Assembly: GCA_038087875.1 (NCBI GenBank)
Contig: CM075989.1
Location: 23,128,001 to 23,192,000, forward strand
Length of the DNA stretch: 64,000 nucleotides
Source: Malacoraja senta
Taxonomy: Eukaryota
Reading direction: 5' to 3'
Under the pieces are notes generated by a model. The model saw only the letters and a program-made list of their open reading frames with translations. It was not told the DNA's origin and searched no databases. Positions within the stretch are counted from its first letter, which is position 1; each line of letters opens with the position of its first letter. The translations under genes were made by a program, and so were the position numbers. Positions 1 through 12,040 of the stretch are shown here, one piece after another.

Positions 1-481
1 TTAATCAAGATGTGCAAATGTGTTGTGGTGATGGACTAATTGGTTAATTGGCCTCTGTGATTTGCCCCCAGTGTGTAGGATGTGAAAGGAGAATTACACA
101 GAGAACTAGTGTACGGGTGATCAATGGCTGACATGGACCCGGTGGGCTGAGGGACCTTCTTCCACGCTGTATCTCTAAATAAAAGTAGCCAGAATGTTAC
201 AGGGGTTGAAAAATATAATGGAATATCCTGACTGCGATCGCTGTCTGATCCACTGCATATTTAGTTACTCTCATTGATATATTCACATGGAAGGTATGCC
301 ATTGGAAAGATAACAACTCAAACATGTGATGCATATCCTGACCGATGGAATTAGGACATATATAGTCCAAGAAATAGAACACCATCCCATTTTCCTGGCT
401 TCCTCAGACTCGTGCAATAAGGAATTTTCCAGGTGTTTTTTTTTAGCCTGATTTAGAAATCTTACAAGATATAAATCGGAG

Positions 482-688
482 ATAGATACAAAAAGCTGAA
501 GTAACTCAGCTGGTCAGACAGCAACTCTGGAGAAAAGGAATAGGTGACGTTTCAGGTCTGAAGAAGGGTCTCGACCCGAAACGTCACCTATTCCTTCTCT
601 CCAGCAATGCTGTCTGACCCGCCGAGTTACTCCAGCTTTTTATGTCTAACTTTGGTTTTAACCAGCATCTGCAATTCCTTCCTGCACA
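482..688. mobile_element. Penelope-derived fold-back repeat (representative of dozens of copies, e.g. 1769-2020, 6820-7030, 27127-27345, 34445-34700, 44657-44805)
   Basis: Inverted arms ...gctggagtaactcagc...gacgtttc / gaaacgtc...gctgagttactccagc... match the UTR of the PLE fragment at 25181-25540. Confidence 0.8.
554..589 (+). ncRNA. Minimal type I hammerhead ribozyme-like motif (Penelope type)
   Basis: AGGU CUGAAGA A GGG-UCUCGA-CCC GAAAC GUC ACCU gives the CUGANGA/GAAA core, stem II, a vestigial stem III, a GUC triplet and a 4-bp stem I. The same core occurs at 1929-1956, 6300-6327 and 9577-9604. Confidence 0.65.
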
Positions 689-3600
689 TATAAATCAGAG
701 TGTTGGCTCAGCGATGATCCACTTGTCTCTGAGTTAGATGGTTGTTTCTTCAAATTCGTGGAAAGGTCTTGAGTCTAAAATCGATGCCAATACACTGGAG
801 GAATAGCGTGGCAGCACTGCACAGCCTAAAGCTGCCATATATTTGACAGGACATTAAACTAGACATCTATCTAATCTCACAGTTTCTGCACAAAGATCCC
901 ATGGAAACCATGGGCTGAGAGCAGTCTTCCTTCCCCAGTAGAGCTGATTATGCTCAGGACAGAAAATAGCTGAGAATAAAAAAAAGACATTTTAATTTAG
1001 TCTAGAGATATATGTGGAAACAGGCCCTTTGGCCCACCAAGTCCACGCCGACCAGCGATCACCCATACACTAGTTCTGCCCTACACACTAGGGACAATTT
1101 TCAGAAGAGTGGAGGGAGGAAACCGGAGCACCCGGAGGAAACCCACGCTGCCACAGGGGGAACGTACAAACTTCGTGCAGACAGCACCCGTAGTCAGGAT
1201 TCGTACCCATTCCTACCAATGCTTTAGCTGTGAACGCGGTTTAAATATACAAATCAACTAAAAGCTAAACTGCAGAGCCAACAGTAAATTCTTTGGATGA
1301 ATTTCTCTCATTAGTAACAGTGGTGTGGAATAAGTAGAGGCAGAACATTAAAAATGCACAGGGTTCTTGAGATCTTTTTATTGATCTATTTTTATTATGA
1401 TAATCGCTGCTAGTTTTAAATCATATTGGAATGACTTGAGATTGTACAAGGTTCTTTGTAAAATAAATAGCTATCTATTGTTCTGAGAAAAGGCCTGGAA
1501 CAAATCCCGATTGAAAATAGCTCTCAGTTTCAGTGTGTTTTACGTGGTTTCCCAGCTCCTTGGGGTGAAGGGTGTTATACCAGATTCAATGCTAAATAGT
1601 TGTGGTCTCTGTGAGCCTGAGTCCAAGCCGTAGGGAGGTGGTGTTGCTCTATCCTCCTATGTGTCAAGATCTGTTTCTGTCAACACTGTCCCTGGAATGG
1701 CCTCACAGTGACAGTACCTTTACCCTCCAGAACAGACCCCCTCCTCCATCCTGACCCTGTATCACCTCTGTAGGAAGGAACCGCAGATGCCGGTTAACAA
1801 CGAAGATAGACACAAAATGCTGGAGGAACTCAGCGGGACAGGCAGCATCTCTGGAGAGAAGGAATGGGTGACGTTTTAGGTCGAGACCCTTCCTCAGATT
1901 AGTCAGGGGTCTGACTAGTCTGACGAGTCTGAAGAAGGGTCTCGACCCGAAACGTCACCCATTCCTTCTCTCCAGAGATGCTGCCTGTCCTGCTGAGCTA
2001 CTCCAGCTTTTTGTGACTATCTCCTGTGTCACCTGTGCTGTGGTGTATGTGGAGTCACAACAGGGTTCTGCCTGGTGTGGATTCATTTTCAGTGCGTCTC
2101 CACTTCCTCGCTCTGGCAAGTCTTTGGCAGGCCCGGTGGCGCAGCGGTAGAGTTGCTGCCTCACTACGCCAGAGGCCCGGGTTCGATCCTGACTACGGGT
2201 GCTGTCTGTACAGAGTTTGTACGTTCTCCCCGTGACCTGCGTGGGTTTTCTCCGGGTGCTCCAGTTTCCTCCCACACTCCAAAGACGTGCAGATATATAG
2301 GCTAATTGGCTTGGTGTAAATATAAATTGTCCCTGGTATATGTATGATAATGTTAGTGTGCAGAGAAGGGCCTGTTTCTGCACTGTATCTCTAAACTAAA
2401 TTAAACTAAGACTGCTGTTACCTGGAGTTTGTGCCTACATGTTCTCCACTCATGTGGCTGCTTCATCCTTTCTACAGAAAAAATTGGCAATAATGTTGAT
2501 AATCCCCAAAGTAGTGATTTAGTTTAAATCGTTTGACCCAATCAAGTTCTCCAGTGGTTACAGAGCTACTGAAAACACTCAGTCAATTACTGTAGCATTT
2601 AACCAATGTAACTGGCTCTGCTGCTAGGCTGGAATGCAGATAGGCTGCTGAAATCTATTCCAGAATTATCAGCAGGAACAAGTAGGCATTGCACAACAGG
2701 TTGCAGTTCAGAACTGAGCAACATTAGACCTGATCTGAATCAAAAGTGTGGGAGGAAGGGGCAGAGGGTCGAAGCATAGACAAAGGAAAGTTTGGGGCTT
2801 TAGTTTAGAGATGTGGGTCTGTTGACAGATAGAGTTTGTAGGATCTAGCTGTGTACATTGCCACTTTACAACAATGACTACAATTCATTAGTTGTAAGGG
2901 GCCATGGACAACCATTGGCTGGTAGAAGGCACATCGCACGTACAAGTTGCACTATTCAGAAATATGATCATGGCTGACCATTCAAAATCAGTACCCCGTT
3001 CCTGCTTTCTCCCATATCCCTTGATTCCGTTAGCCTTAAGAGCTAAATCTAATTCTCTCTTGAATACGTCCAGTGAATTGGCTTCCACCGCCTTCTGTGG
3101 CAGAGAATTCCACAGAATCACAACTCTCTGGGTGAAAAAGTTTTTCCTCATCTCAGTCCTAAATGGCCTACCCCTTATTCTTAAATTTAACTTGGTATCA
3201 TGTTCAGCACAGATATTGTGGGCCGAAGGGCCTGTTCCAGTACTGTACTGTTCTATGTTCACATGGTCACTGCAACGTCTGTCAGGGAGCCTCTGAGAAT
3301 TCGAGAGGGCAGTAAATGAAGACAGTACAACACATAGCTGTTCTGCAATGGACTCGTACACATCTAATCATAATTAGAAGCATGCTAAATATTTCAATTT
3401 CATTGTAACTTTGTACATTCAATCAGAACATTTACTAAAAAGTGCAGCAAGTTGCACCTTGGGGGGGTGGAGCCATATTTTTATAAGTGCACAATACGCC
3501 CTTTCATATGTCCACGGTCTGTGGGTAGAGAGTAAACTGAACCTTTAGGGCTTTTTCTCTTTCTCTCTCTGTTTCATGGGCTTGCAGAACAAGGTAAACT

Positions 3601-4348
3601 CGTTTCTAATGCCCCCGACGTACCCAACCCTCTCTTTCCATGGGTAGTCTTAGAAAATAAATTGCTTCAGGGTTTAACTTCACTCAAGCAGATGCTGCAA
3701 ATCAATGTGCTTCATAAACACATGCGCTTGGCTCCCACTCACTAATCCTAGTGCAAATAAGTTTGTCAGCAATTTTAATGCTGCATGTTTTTCTTGGCCG
3801 AGTTTTCTGGAAGGTACAGTAAACGGTTCTTTTTTTTCCCCCAATGAACTCGCTGTGAGCAGCTAATGCCACATTTATTAGGAAAAGACAGTGATTTAAC
3901 CAACAGGAAACCCTACCCAACCCGAAGAGATTTCTCTGTTGATTTGGCAGCGAGCTGAGGTAAAATTAACATCTCAGTTTAGTTCAGAGATACAGCGCGG
4001 AAACAGGCCCTTTGGCCCACCGATCAGCGTGTATGCGGACCAGCGATCCTCATACACTAACGCTATCCTACACACACTCAGGACAATTTACAATTTTTTA
4101 CCAAGCCATTAGTCGACAAACATGTACGTCCTTGGAGTGTGGGAGGAAACCGGAGATCCCGGAAATAACCCACGAAGGTCATGGGGAGAAGGTACAAACT
4201 CCGTTCAGACAGTACAGGTATGTAGGTTATTTGGCTTGGTATGTGTGTAAAATTGTCCCTAGCGGATGTAGGATGGTGTTAATGTGCGGGGGTCGCTGGT
4301 CAGAGCGGACTCGGTGGGCCGAAGGGCCTGTTTCCGCGCTGTATCTCT

Positions 4349-4562
4349 TCTTCTTTCGTGTCCACCTTCCATGTTCCAAATGTTGACCTCGCTGTCATCG
4401 TCCGTCCTGAAAAGGACGCAAGCTTCCGGCGACAATCAGTGGGAGCCATCACTTGTTGCAAAAGAATTGTTGCAATATAATTCTTCTACGGTGGTAGCAG
4501 AATTAGCTCAGGATACTTCCAGTTTCCAGCCCCGCGGATGTGAACGCTTCTGCTATGGGGCC
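4349..4562 (-). mobile_element. Short non-autonomous retroelement with 5' HDV-like ribozyme and (GAA)n tail, copy 1
   Basis: It interrupts the tail of an HE1 SINE. TSD ctgtatctct lies at 4339-4348 and 4564-4573. The - strand ends ...CACGAAAGAAGA. A homologous copy is at 57387-57580. Confidence 0.85.
4495..4562 (-). ncRNA. HDV/CPEB3-like self-cleaving ribozyme motif (all pairings present)
   Basis: The - strand reads GGCCCC A UAGCAGAA GCG UUCACAUC CGC GGGGCU GG AAACUGGAAGUAUCCUGAG CUAA UUCUGCUA. This gives P1 (6 bp, G1-U wobble), P2 (8 bp), P3, P1.1 GG, a short P4 and J4/2 CUAA. Activity is untested. Confidence 0.8.
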
Positions 4563-4792
4563 ACTGTATCTCTAAACGAAACGAAACTAAACTAAACTAA
4601 ACTAAAAGTTTTTCACTTAACCTCGGTACACGTGACGATAAACTAAAACTGAACTGAACAAAGAGCCGACACAAACAGAATCGACTGTATGGCCTTCCAC
4701 GATATATGATCCCTTCATTCTATGATTTCTATGATTAAGCTGGCAAATTGGAGTTACTACCGCCCTGTAACAAAGGCCTCCGCTGTCACTGG

Positions 4793-4992
4793 NNNNNNNN
4801 NNNNNNNNNNNNNNNNNNNNNNNNNNNNNNNNNNNNNNNNNNNNNNNNNNNNNNNNNNNNNNNNNNNNNNNNNNNNNNNNNNNNNNNNNNNNNNNNNNNN
4901 NNNNNNNNNNNNNNNNNNNNNNNNNNNNNNNNNNNNNNNNNNNNNNNNNNNNNNNNNNNNNNNNNNNNNNNNNNNNNNNNNNNNNNNNNNNN
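4793..4992. other. Assembly gap (200 N)
   Basis: Run of N. Confidence 1.
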
Positions 4993-7900
4993 CAGCACCC
5001 GTAGTCAGGATTGAACCCGGGTCTCTGGCTCTGTGGGGCAGCAACTCTACCGCTGTGCCACCATGCTGCCCCTCTGTGGCCACCTTAAACAGAAGCTTTG
5101 GGTGCAATCTTCAAACTTTGGTGAGCAATCACAGAACAGAGTCCACTCCGCCATTCAATTATGGCTGATCTATTTTTCCCTCATAACCCTATTCTCCTGC
5201 CTTCTCCCCATAAACCCTGACACCCGTACTAGTCAAGAACTTATTAATCTCCGCTTTAAAAATTTTCAATAACTTGGCCTCCACAGCCGTCTGTGGCAAT
5301 GAATTCCACAGTTTCACACCTTCTGGCTAAAGAAATTCCTCCTCATCTTCATTCTAAAGGTACGTCCTTTTATTCTGAGGCTATAACCTCTGGTCCAAGA
5401 ATCTCCCACTACTAGAAATATCCTCTTCACATCCACTCTATCCAGGCCTTTCACTGTTCGGTAAGTTTCAATCAGATTTTCTCATGCACCAATTTCACTT
5501 GGCCAGCTTACAACCCAGCGGTATCAACATTTAATTATCCAATTCCAAATAACTGCGAGAGGTCTGGGTTCAATCTCGACCTCAGGTGCTGTCTGTGTGG
5601 AGTTTGCATGTTTGCACGTTCTCCGTGACCGCGTGGCTTCCTCTGGATGCTCTGGTTTCCTCCCACATCAGTCTCTTGCCATGAGTGGGGGAATCGAGGA
5701 CCAGAGGACATAGGTTCAAGATGAAGGGGAAAAGATTTAATCGGAATCTGAGGGGTAACTTTTTCACACAAAGGGTGGTGGGTGTATGTATGGAACAAGC
5801 TGCCAGAGGAGGTAGTTGAGGCTGGGACTATCCCAACGTTTAAGAAACAGTTAGACAGGTACATGGATAGGACAGGGTTGGAGGGATATGGACCAAACGC
5901 GGGCAAGTGGGACTACTGTAGCTGGGACATGTTGGCCAATGTGGGCAAGTTGGGCTGAAGGGCCTGTTTCCACACTGTATCACTCTATGACTATGACATC
6001 CCAAAATCGAGCAAGTCTGAACTTTTTTTCCTGGGGTGAAAATGTCAAAGATTAGAAGGCATGGCTTTATGTTGAGGGGGACAAAGTTTAAAGGAGATAG
6101 GTGGGTCAACTTGTTTTTTTCACAGAGAGCGGTGGGTGCCTGGAACATGCTGCCAGGGGTGGTGGTGGACGTTGATGCGAGACTGGCTCTTAGATAGGCA
6201 CATGGTTCTTCAGAGAATGGAGGGATGTATATCACTAGCAGGCAGACCTACTGTCTTTGCCTCTTCCTTTCTTTTTCCCGCCCCCCCCCCGACATCAGCC
6301 TGAAGAAGGGTCTCGACCCGAAACGTCGCCTATTCCTTCTCTCCATAGATGCTGCCTCACCCGCTGATTTTCTCCAGCATTTTTGTCCACCTTCGATTTT
6401 TCCAGCATCTGCAGTTCCTTCTTCAACAGGCAGGCAGAGGAGATCAGTTTAATTTTCCATCATGTTCGGCGGAGAGTTTGTGTGCTGAAGTGCCTGTTTC
6501 TCTGCCGTGCTATTCAACGTTCATTGTCCCAGTATTTGCAGGGGTTTTTATTCCCTGAAATCAATGCTATTTTTCAAATCAGCGAGGTTGAAAGATAAAT
6601 TACACAGGGGAACAGCATTTGACCATGATATGTCTGTTAATGTCGTTTGGTGAAGTTCTCCACTGGAAAAAGGATTGAATTTCCCGATTTTACTTTAAAC
6701 CGGATTTAGCTCATTTTCAACATTGTAGTACGGCACATTTTTTTTTGTTTCAAGTTATGTGAAGGAATTTCTGGACTGCAGCCTTTTCAGTTCAGCAATA
6801 TTAGCAAAGAGAAGAGAGACATAGAGTGCTGGAGTAACTCAACGGGTTAGGCAGCATCTCTGGAAAAAAAGGATGGCTGATGTTTTTGGGTCAGGACCCT
6901 TCTTCAGACTGGAAGGGTCCCAACCTGAAACATCACTAATCCTTTTTCCACAGAGATGCTGCCTGACTCGCTGAGTTGCTCCAGTACTTTGTGTCCAACT
7001 TTGCTATAAACCAGCATCTGCAGTTCTTTGTTTCTACTTTCTTACAGACCATCGAATCCACACCGACCATCGATCACCCATTCACACTAATTCTATGTTA
7101 TTCCACTTTCCCATCCGCTCCCTACACATTAGGGGGCAATTTAAGAAGCCAATTAACCTACAAACCCGCCCGTCTTTGGGAGGAAACCGGAGTTCTCCTC
7201 CCCGTAACCCCTGACAACCGTACTAATCAAGAATATGTCAATCTCCATCTTAAAAATGTCCATTGACTTGGCCTCCACAGCCTTCTGTGGCAATGAATTC
7301 CACAGATTCACCACCCTCCGTCTAAAGAAATTCCTCCTGATCTCCTTTCTAAAGCTACGCCCCTTTAATTCTGAGGCTGTGACATCTGGTCCTAGACTCT
7401 CTCACTGGTGGAAACATCCTCTCTATATCCACTCTGTTCAGGTCTCCTCAATCAAGTTTCAACCCTTGGACTCGAAGGGCCGAATGGCCTACGCATACAA
7501 CTCTTGTCTATTGTCTATTGACTTCTGATTCAGAGGTCAAGGTGTAACCAACCTAATTAATTTACAAAATCTATATCCTTTGAATAAATCTCTATCCACT
7601 GAACGATGAATGCAATTTCTATCCAAGATAGAAAAAAACAATAAAATAAGCATTTATGTTTTGATGCACAACTTCTCATTCACAATATTTATTTTAATGG
7701 GTCCATGGATACGGTGCATTCATCTACAATCTGTGAAGGTCATTTAAAGACATTCAAGATCCATGCAGACCATATTTTCACATTTCTGCCAAAGAAGAAT
7801 ATTGTTGGCAACGTGCTTGTTTCTCTCTGTCGCCTTCTCCAAGAGCAAATTCCATTCGGCTTTTTTCCCCCGCATTTTATCACGTTCACGCTTCACTGAA

Positions 7901-9115
7901 ACTTCCCATTCACATACTGGGACCAATTCATAGCAATCCATGATTAGGTTTCATAGATTTCTTCTCCTGGGCTGCCCTGACCCTGGTCTTGCCATGTGGC
8001 CCCTCTTGCCCTCTCTGCTTCTCTCCCTCGTCTTTGAAGATCTTCACCAAACCCCCCACATGGACCAACTTACGCACCGCTCAGCACTCTAGTTCATGTC
8101 AACAAGGTCATGTTGCATTGAAGCTAACATTAGTTTCAGTGCTGTATTCAACAAGAGTTTGTGAATACAGCAATGTAGCAATACAGCAATGAAGTTTGTC
8201 AACTTCATCACTAAGATTATTACTGACCATGCTCTGCCCTGGCCCCTCCTCCCTTCCAGCTTTCTTTCCTGCCTCCTCCCCGTCAATCAGTCTGAAAAAG
8301 GGTCCCGACCCAAAACGTCAACTATCCATGTTCTCCACAGATGCTGCCTGACCCACTGAGTTACTCCAGCACTCTGTATCTTTCTGGACTGCAGGTGTTA
8401 TGATTTAAGCCAAATACAAGTCATCAATGGGCATACAGTGGTGCAGAGGTAGGGTGGCTGCCTTACGGCACCAGAGACCCAGATTCAATCTTGACTACGG
8501 GTGCTGTCTGCACGGAGTTTGCACGTTCTCCCCGTGACCTGCGTGAATTTTCTCTGAGTGCTTCGGTTTCCTCCCACACTCCAAAGATGGACAGCTTTGT
8601 CGGCTAATTTGGCTTTGGTAAGATTTGTAAATTCTCCGTTGAGTGCAGGGTAGTGTTAGTGTGCTGGGGTGATCACTGGTCGATGTGGACTCGGTGGCCA
8701 AAGGGCCTGCTTCCGCGCTGTATCTCGAAATGAGACTAGAATGGGATCTCATACAAAATAAAAGATGGATCCTGGTTTAGTCTTCGGGGTTAGAGCAAAA
8801 TATTGAGGGGGAAAATGGGGATAGGAAAGCTGGAGCAGAGGGGCTTGATTTGCTTCAGAAATACAGTGAGTAGTGAGTGCCCAGAGCAGTGGGACAGTTC
8901 CATGGTGTAGAATCCTGTTGATTGGTATTGGTTCAAATTCAACATCACAACATTCCTCAACTAATGTTACATTCTTTCACCTTAACCCTGAGGCTGAGAA
9001 AAACCACAGTTGTCAAAGTTTATAGTCCTTTCAACACCAATAGACTCTTGTGTAGGAAGGAACTGCAGATGCTGGTTTCAACCGAAGATAGACACAAAAT
9101 TCTGGAGTAACTCAG

Positions 9116-9506
9116 GCCATGTCTGGGGGAGTTCCCCCCGCCACGGGTACCATGTAATCCCGTGCTACCTGCTCCATTGTCGGATAGTCGGCGACTAAAC
9201 TGTCTCCCCCACCTGGTTTGCCAGGTGAGGAGGGGGCTGCGGACCCCCAGCAGGACCAAAAACAAGACCTGTCAAAGGGCGGATGAGGTTCTAGCGAGCC
9301 AACGTCCATCCACACTTCAGTAGAAGTTGCGATCACTGTCGTACACAGCATTGTAAGGAATGATGATAAAGCACACACACACCAACATCCTATACTTCCA
9401 GCGGCGGAAGTCCGCAGGAACTGGAGGACAGAGATGTGTGGTGCGTCCGTCACCGTTCCCGTCGGAAACCAGCGCCACTGCGTCGCTAATGTTTTCAACG
9501 ATGATG
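9116..9506 (+). mobile_element. Non-autonomous RTE-type bipartite element (structured 5' part, RTE-like 3' end, (GAT)n tail)
   Basis: TSD aactcag (9109-9115, 9507-9513) inside a Penelope-derived repeat. The 3' part reads QELEDRDVWCVRHRSRRKPAPLRR*, with the DRxxW motif typical of RTE ORF ends. Confidence 0.65.
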
Positions 9507-10063
9507 AACTCAGCGGGACAAGCATTTCTGGAGAAATGAAATGGGTAACGTTTCGGGTCTCCCCAAGACTCTCAGTCTGAAGAAGGGTCTCGACCCGAAA
9601 CGTCACCCATTCCTTCTCTCCAGAGATGCTGCCTGTCCCGCTGAGTTACTCCAGCATTTTGTGTCTACCAGTAGTCTCTTCCCTTATCTAATCCAAACAG
9701 CACAGTTGAATAACGTGGAAGAATCAAAAAGCACACAGTTTTATTCAATCAGCTAATTGTATAGTTTCTAAGTCCACCTATAAGGTGACTGCCACCTGCA
9801 CACAATTCGTACTGAATGCAAACCCGAGGTTAACATCTCCCCGAGTTCAACGGCAACTGCCTTGTGTGCAACGTGTCATAAATGGGGAACGGCGATGATT
9901 CTCCTAGATACTGAATGTTCAAGAAGAAACAGCAGATGCTGGAAAAAATCGAAGGTAGACAAAAATGCTGGAGAAACTCAGCGGGTGAGGCAGCATCTAT
10001 GGAGCGAACAAATAGGTGACGTTTTGGGTCGAAACGTCACCTATTTGTTCGCTCCATAGATGC

Positions 10064-10493
10064 TTATACTCGCTAGAATTTAGGAGATTGAGAGGGGATC
10101 TTATAGAAACGTACAAGATTCTTATGGGGTTGGACAGGCTAGATGCAGGAAGATTGTTCCCGATGTTGGGGAAGTCCAGGACAAGGGGTCACAGCTTAAG
10201 GATAAGGGGGAAATCCTTTAAGACCGAGATGAGGAAAAACTTTTTCACACAGAGAGTGGTGAATCTCTGGAACTCTCTGCCACAGAGGGTAGTTGAGGCC
10301 AGTTCATTGGCTATATTTAAGAGGGAATTAGATGTGGCCCTTGTGGCTAAAGGGATCAGGGGGTATGGAGAGAAGGCAGGTACGGGATACTGAGTTGGAT
10401 GATCAGCCATGATCGTATTGAATGGCGGTGCAGGCTCGAAGGGCCGAATGGCCTACTCCTGCACCTAAATTCTATGTATCTATGTATCTATGT
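10064..10493 (+). mobile_element. 5'-truncated CR1 3' fragment, same subfamily as the long LINE
   Basis: Reads LYSLEFRRLRGDLIETYKIL...GYGEKAGTGY* with a (TCTATGTA)n tail. It is flanked by atgct duplicates within a Penelope-derived repeat. Confidence 0.9.
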
Positions 10494-11469
10494 ATGCTGC
10501 CTCACCCGGTGAGTTTCTCCCGCATTTTTGTCTACCTCCTAGATACTGAGATTAATTGATTGTTTAACCTTGTACAGAACAGTGCAGCACAGGAACAGGC
10601 CTTTCAACCCATGATGTATGTGCCAAGTGTGATGCCAGGGTGTACTAATCTCCTCTGCCTGCACGTGAACCATATCCCTCCATTCCCCACGAATTCATGT
10701 GTCGATCTATAGACCGCCTAAAAAAGCAGTCACATCAGCTTCCACCAATATCCCCAGCAGTGCGTTCCACACACTCACCCCTCTGAGTAAATAAAGTGTC
10801 CCCTACATCTTATTTTAAACTTACCCCCTCTGACCCTAAAGCTATGCCCTCTATCATTTGACATCTCCACCTGAGGCAAAAAGGCTGTGACTGTCTACCT
10901 CATCTATGCCCCCTCACAATTTTAGATACTTCTCTCAGGATTTCCCTCAGCCTCTGACGCTCCAGAGAAAACATTCCAAGTTTGTCCAACCTCTCCTTTT
11001 GCCCTTACATCCAGAGAGCATTCCGGTAAACCTTGTCTGCTCCCTCTCCAAATCCTCTGCATCCTTCCTGAAATTAGTTTAGTTTAGATTAGTTCAGAGA
11101 CACAACGTGGAAGCAGGCCCTTTGGCCCACTGACTCCGCGCTGACCAGTGATCATCCCGTACGATCTTACGCACTGGGGACAATTAACCAACAAACCTAC
11201 ACGTCATTGGAATGTGGGAGGAACCCGGACACCCGGAGGAAACCCACGCAGTCACAGGGAGAACGTACAAACTCTGTGAAGACAGCAACCGTAGTCAGGA
11301 TTGATCCCGGGTCTCTGTCAGGCAGCAACTGTGCCGCCCGTTTCCATATTCAGGAACGCTTTCTTCCCATCAAATATCAGCTTCTTGAACCTCCCTGCAG
11401 AGTCTCAAACACATCCCTAGCCAGGCACCAAACAACAACAGAAGCTAACACAAGAATATCTCCATGTAC

Positions 11470-12040
11470 TGATGGTCCGTGAGGAGGAAGTGTTGTTGCC
11501 AATCTGTAATGACGATGACAAAGCTGAGGTTCCAGTTGCAAGGAGGAGTAGAGACCCAGTTCCCCGAGTTTAATGATGAGTGATGACTGTGGAAGGGATG
11601 ATGATGTTGAACACTGAGCTGTAATTGATGAACAACAGCCTGAAGTAGGGCCTCGACCTGAAACGTCACCTATTCCTTCTCTCCAGAGATGCTGTCTGTC
11701 CCGCTGAGTTACTCCAGCCTTTTGTGTCTATCTCCGGTTTAAACCAGCATCTGCAGTTCCTTCCTACACAGCCCAACTGGCCCAGGGCAAAGTGAAGAAC
11801 AAACCAGACCACATCCGCTGTTGAGCTGTGGTCGTGGTGGATGGGCTGAGGTGGCTCCAGCTCATTACTGAGGCGGAGTTGATTATGACCAACTTCTCGA
11901 AGCACCTCATCACAATGGAGGTGAGTGCCACGGGTCAGTGGTCACTGAAGCATTTCACCTGGACCTTCATGGGCACCTGTGCTGCCAATGCCCATGTAAA
12001 AGCAGGTGAGGACTTTGCACCTTACTAGTAAAGAGATGAG
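11470..12040 (-). mobile_element. Old degraded Rex1-type reverse transcriptase fragment, split by a Penelope-derived repeat
   Basis: The - strand contains remnants PVALTSIVMRCFEKLV and LLFINYSSVFNIIIP. Confidence 0.7.

Noticed and set aside
4722..5168. ORFs spanning N runs (also 46873-47343)
   Set aside because: Artefacts of assembly gaps.
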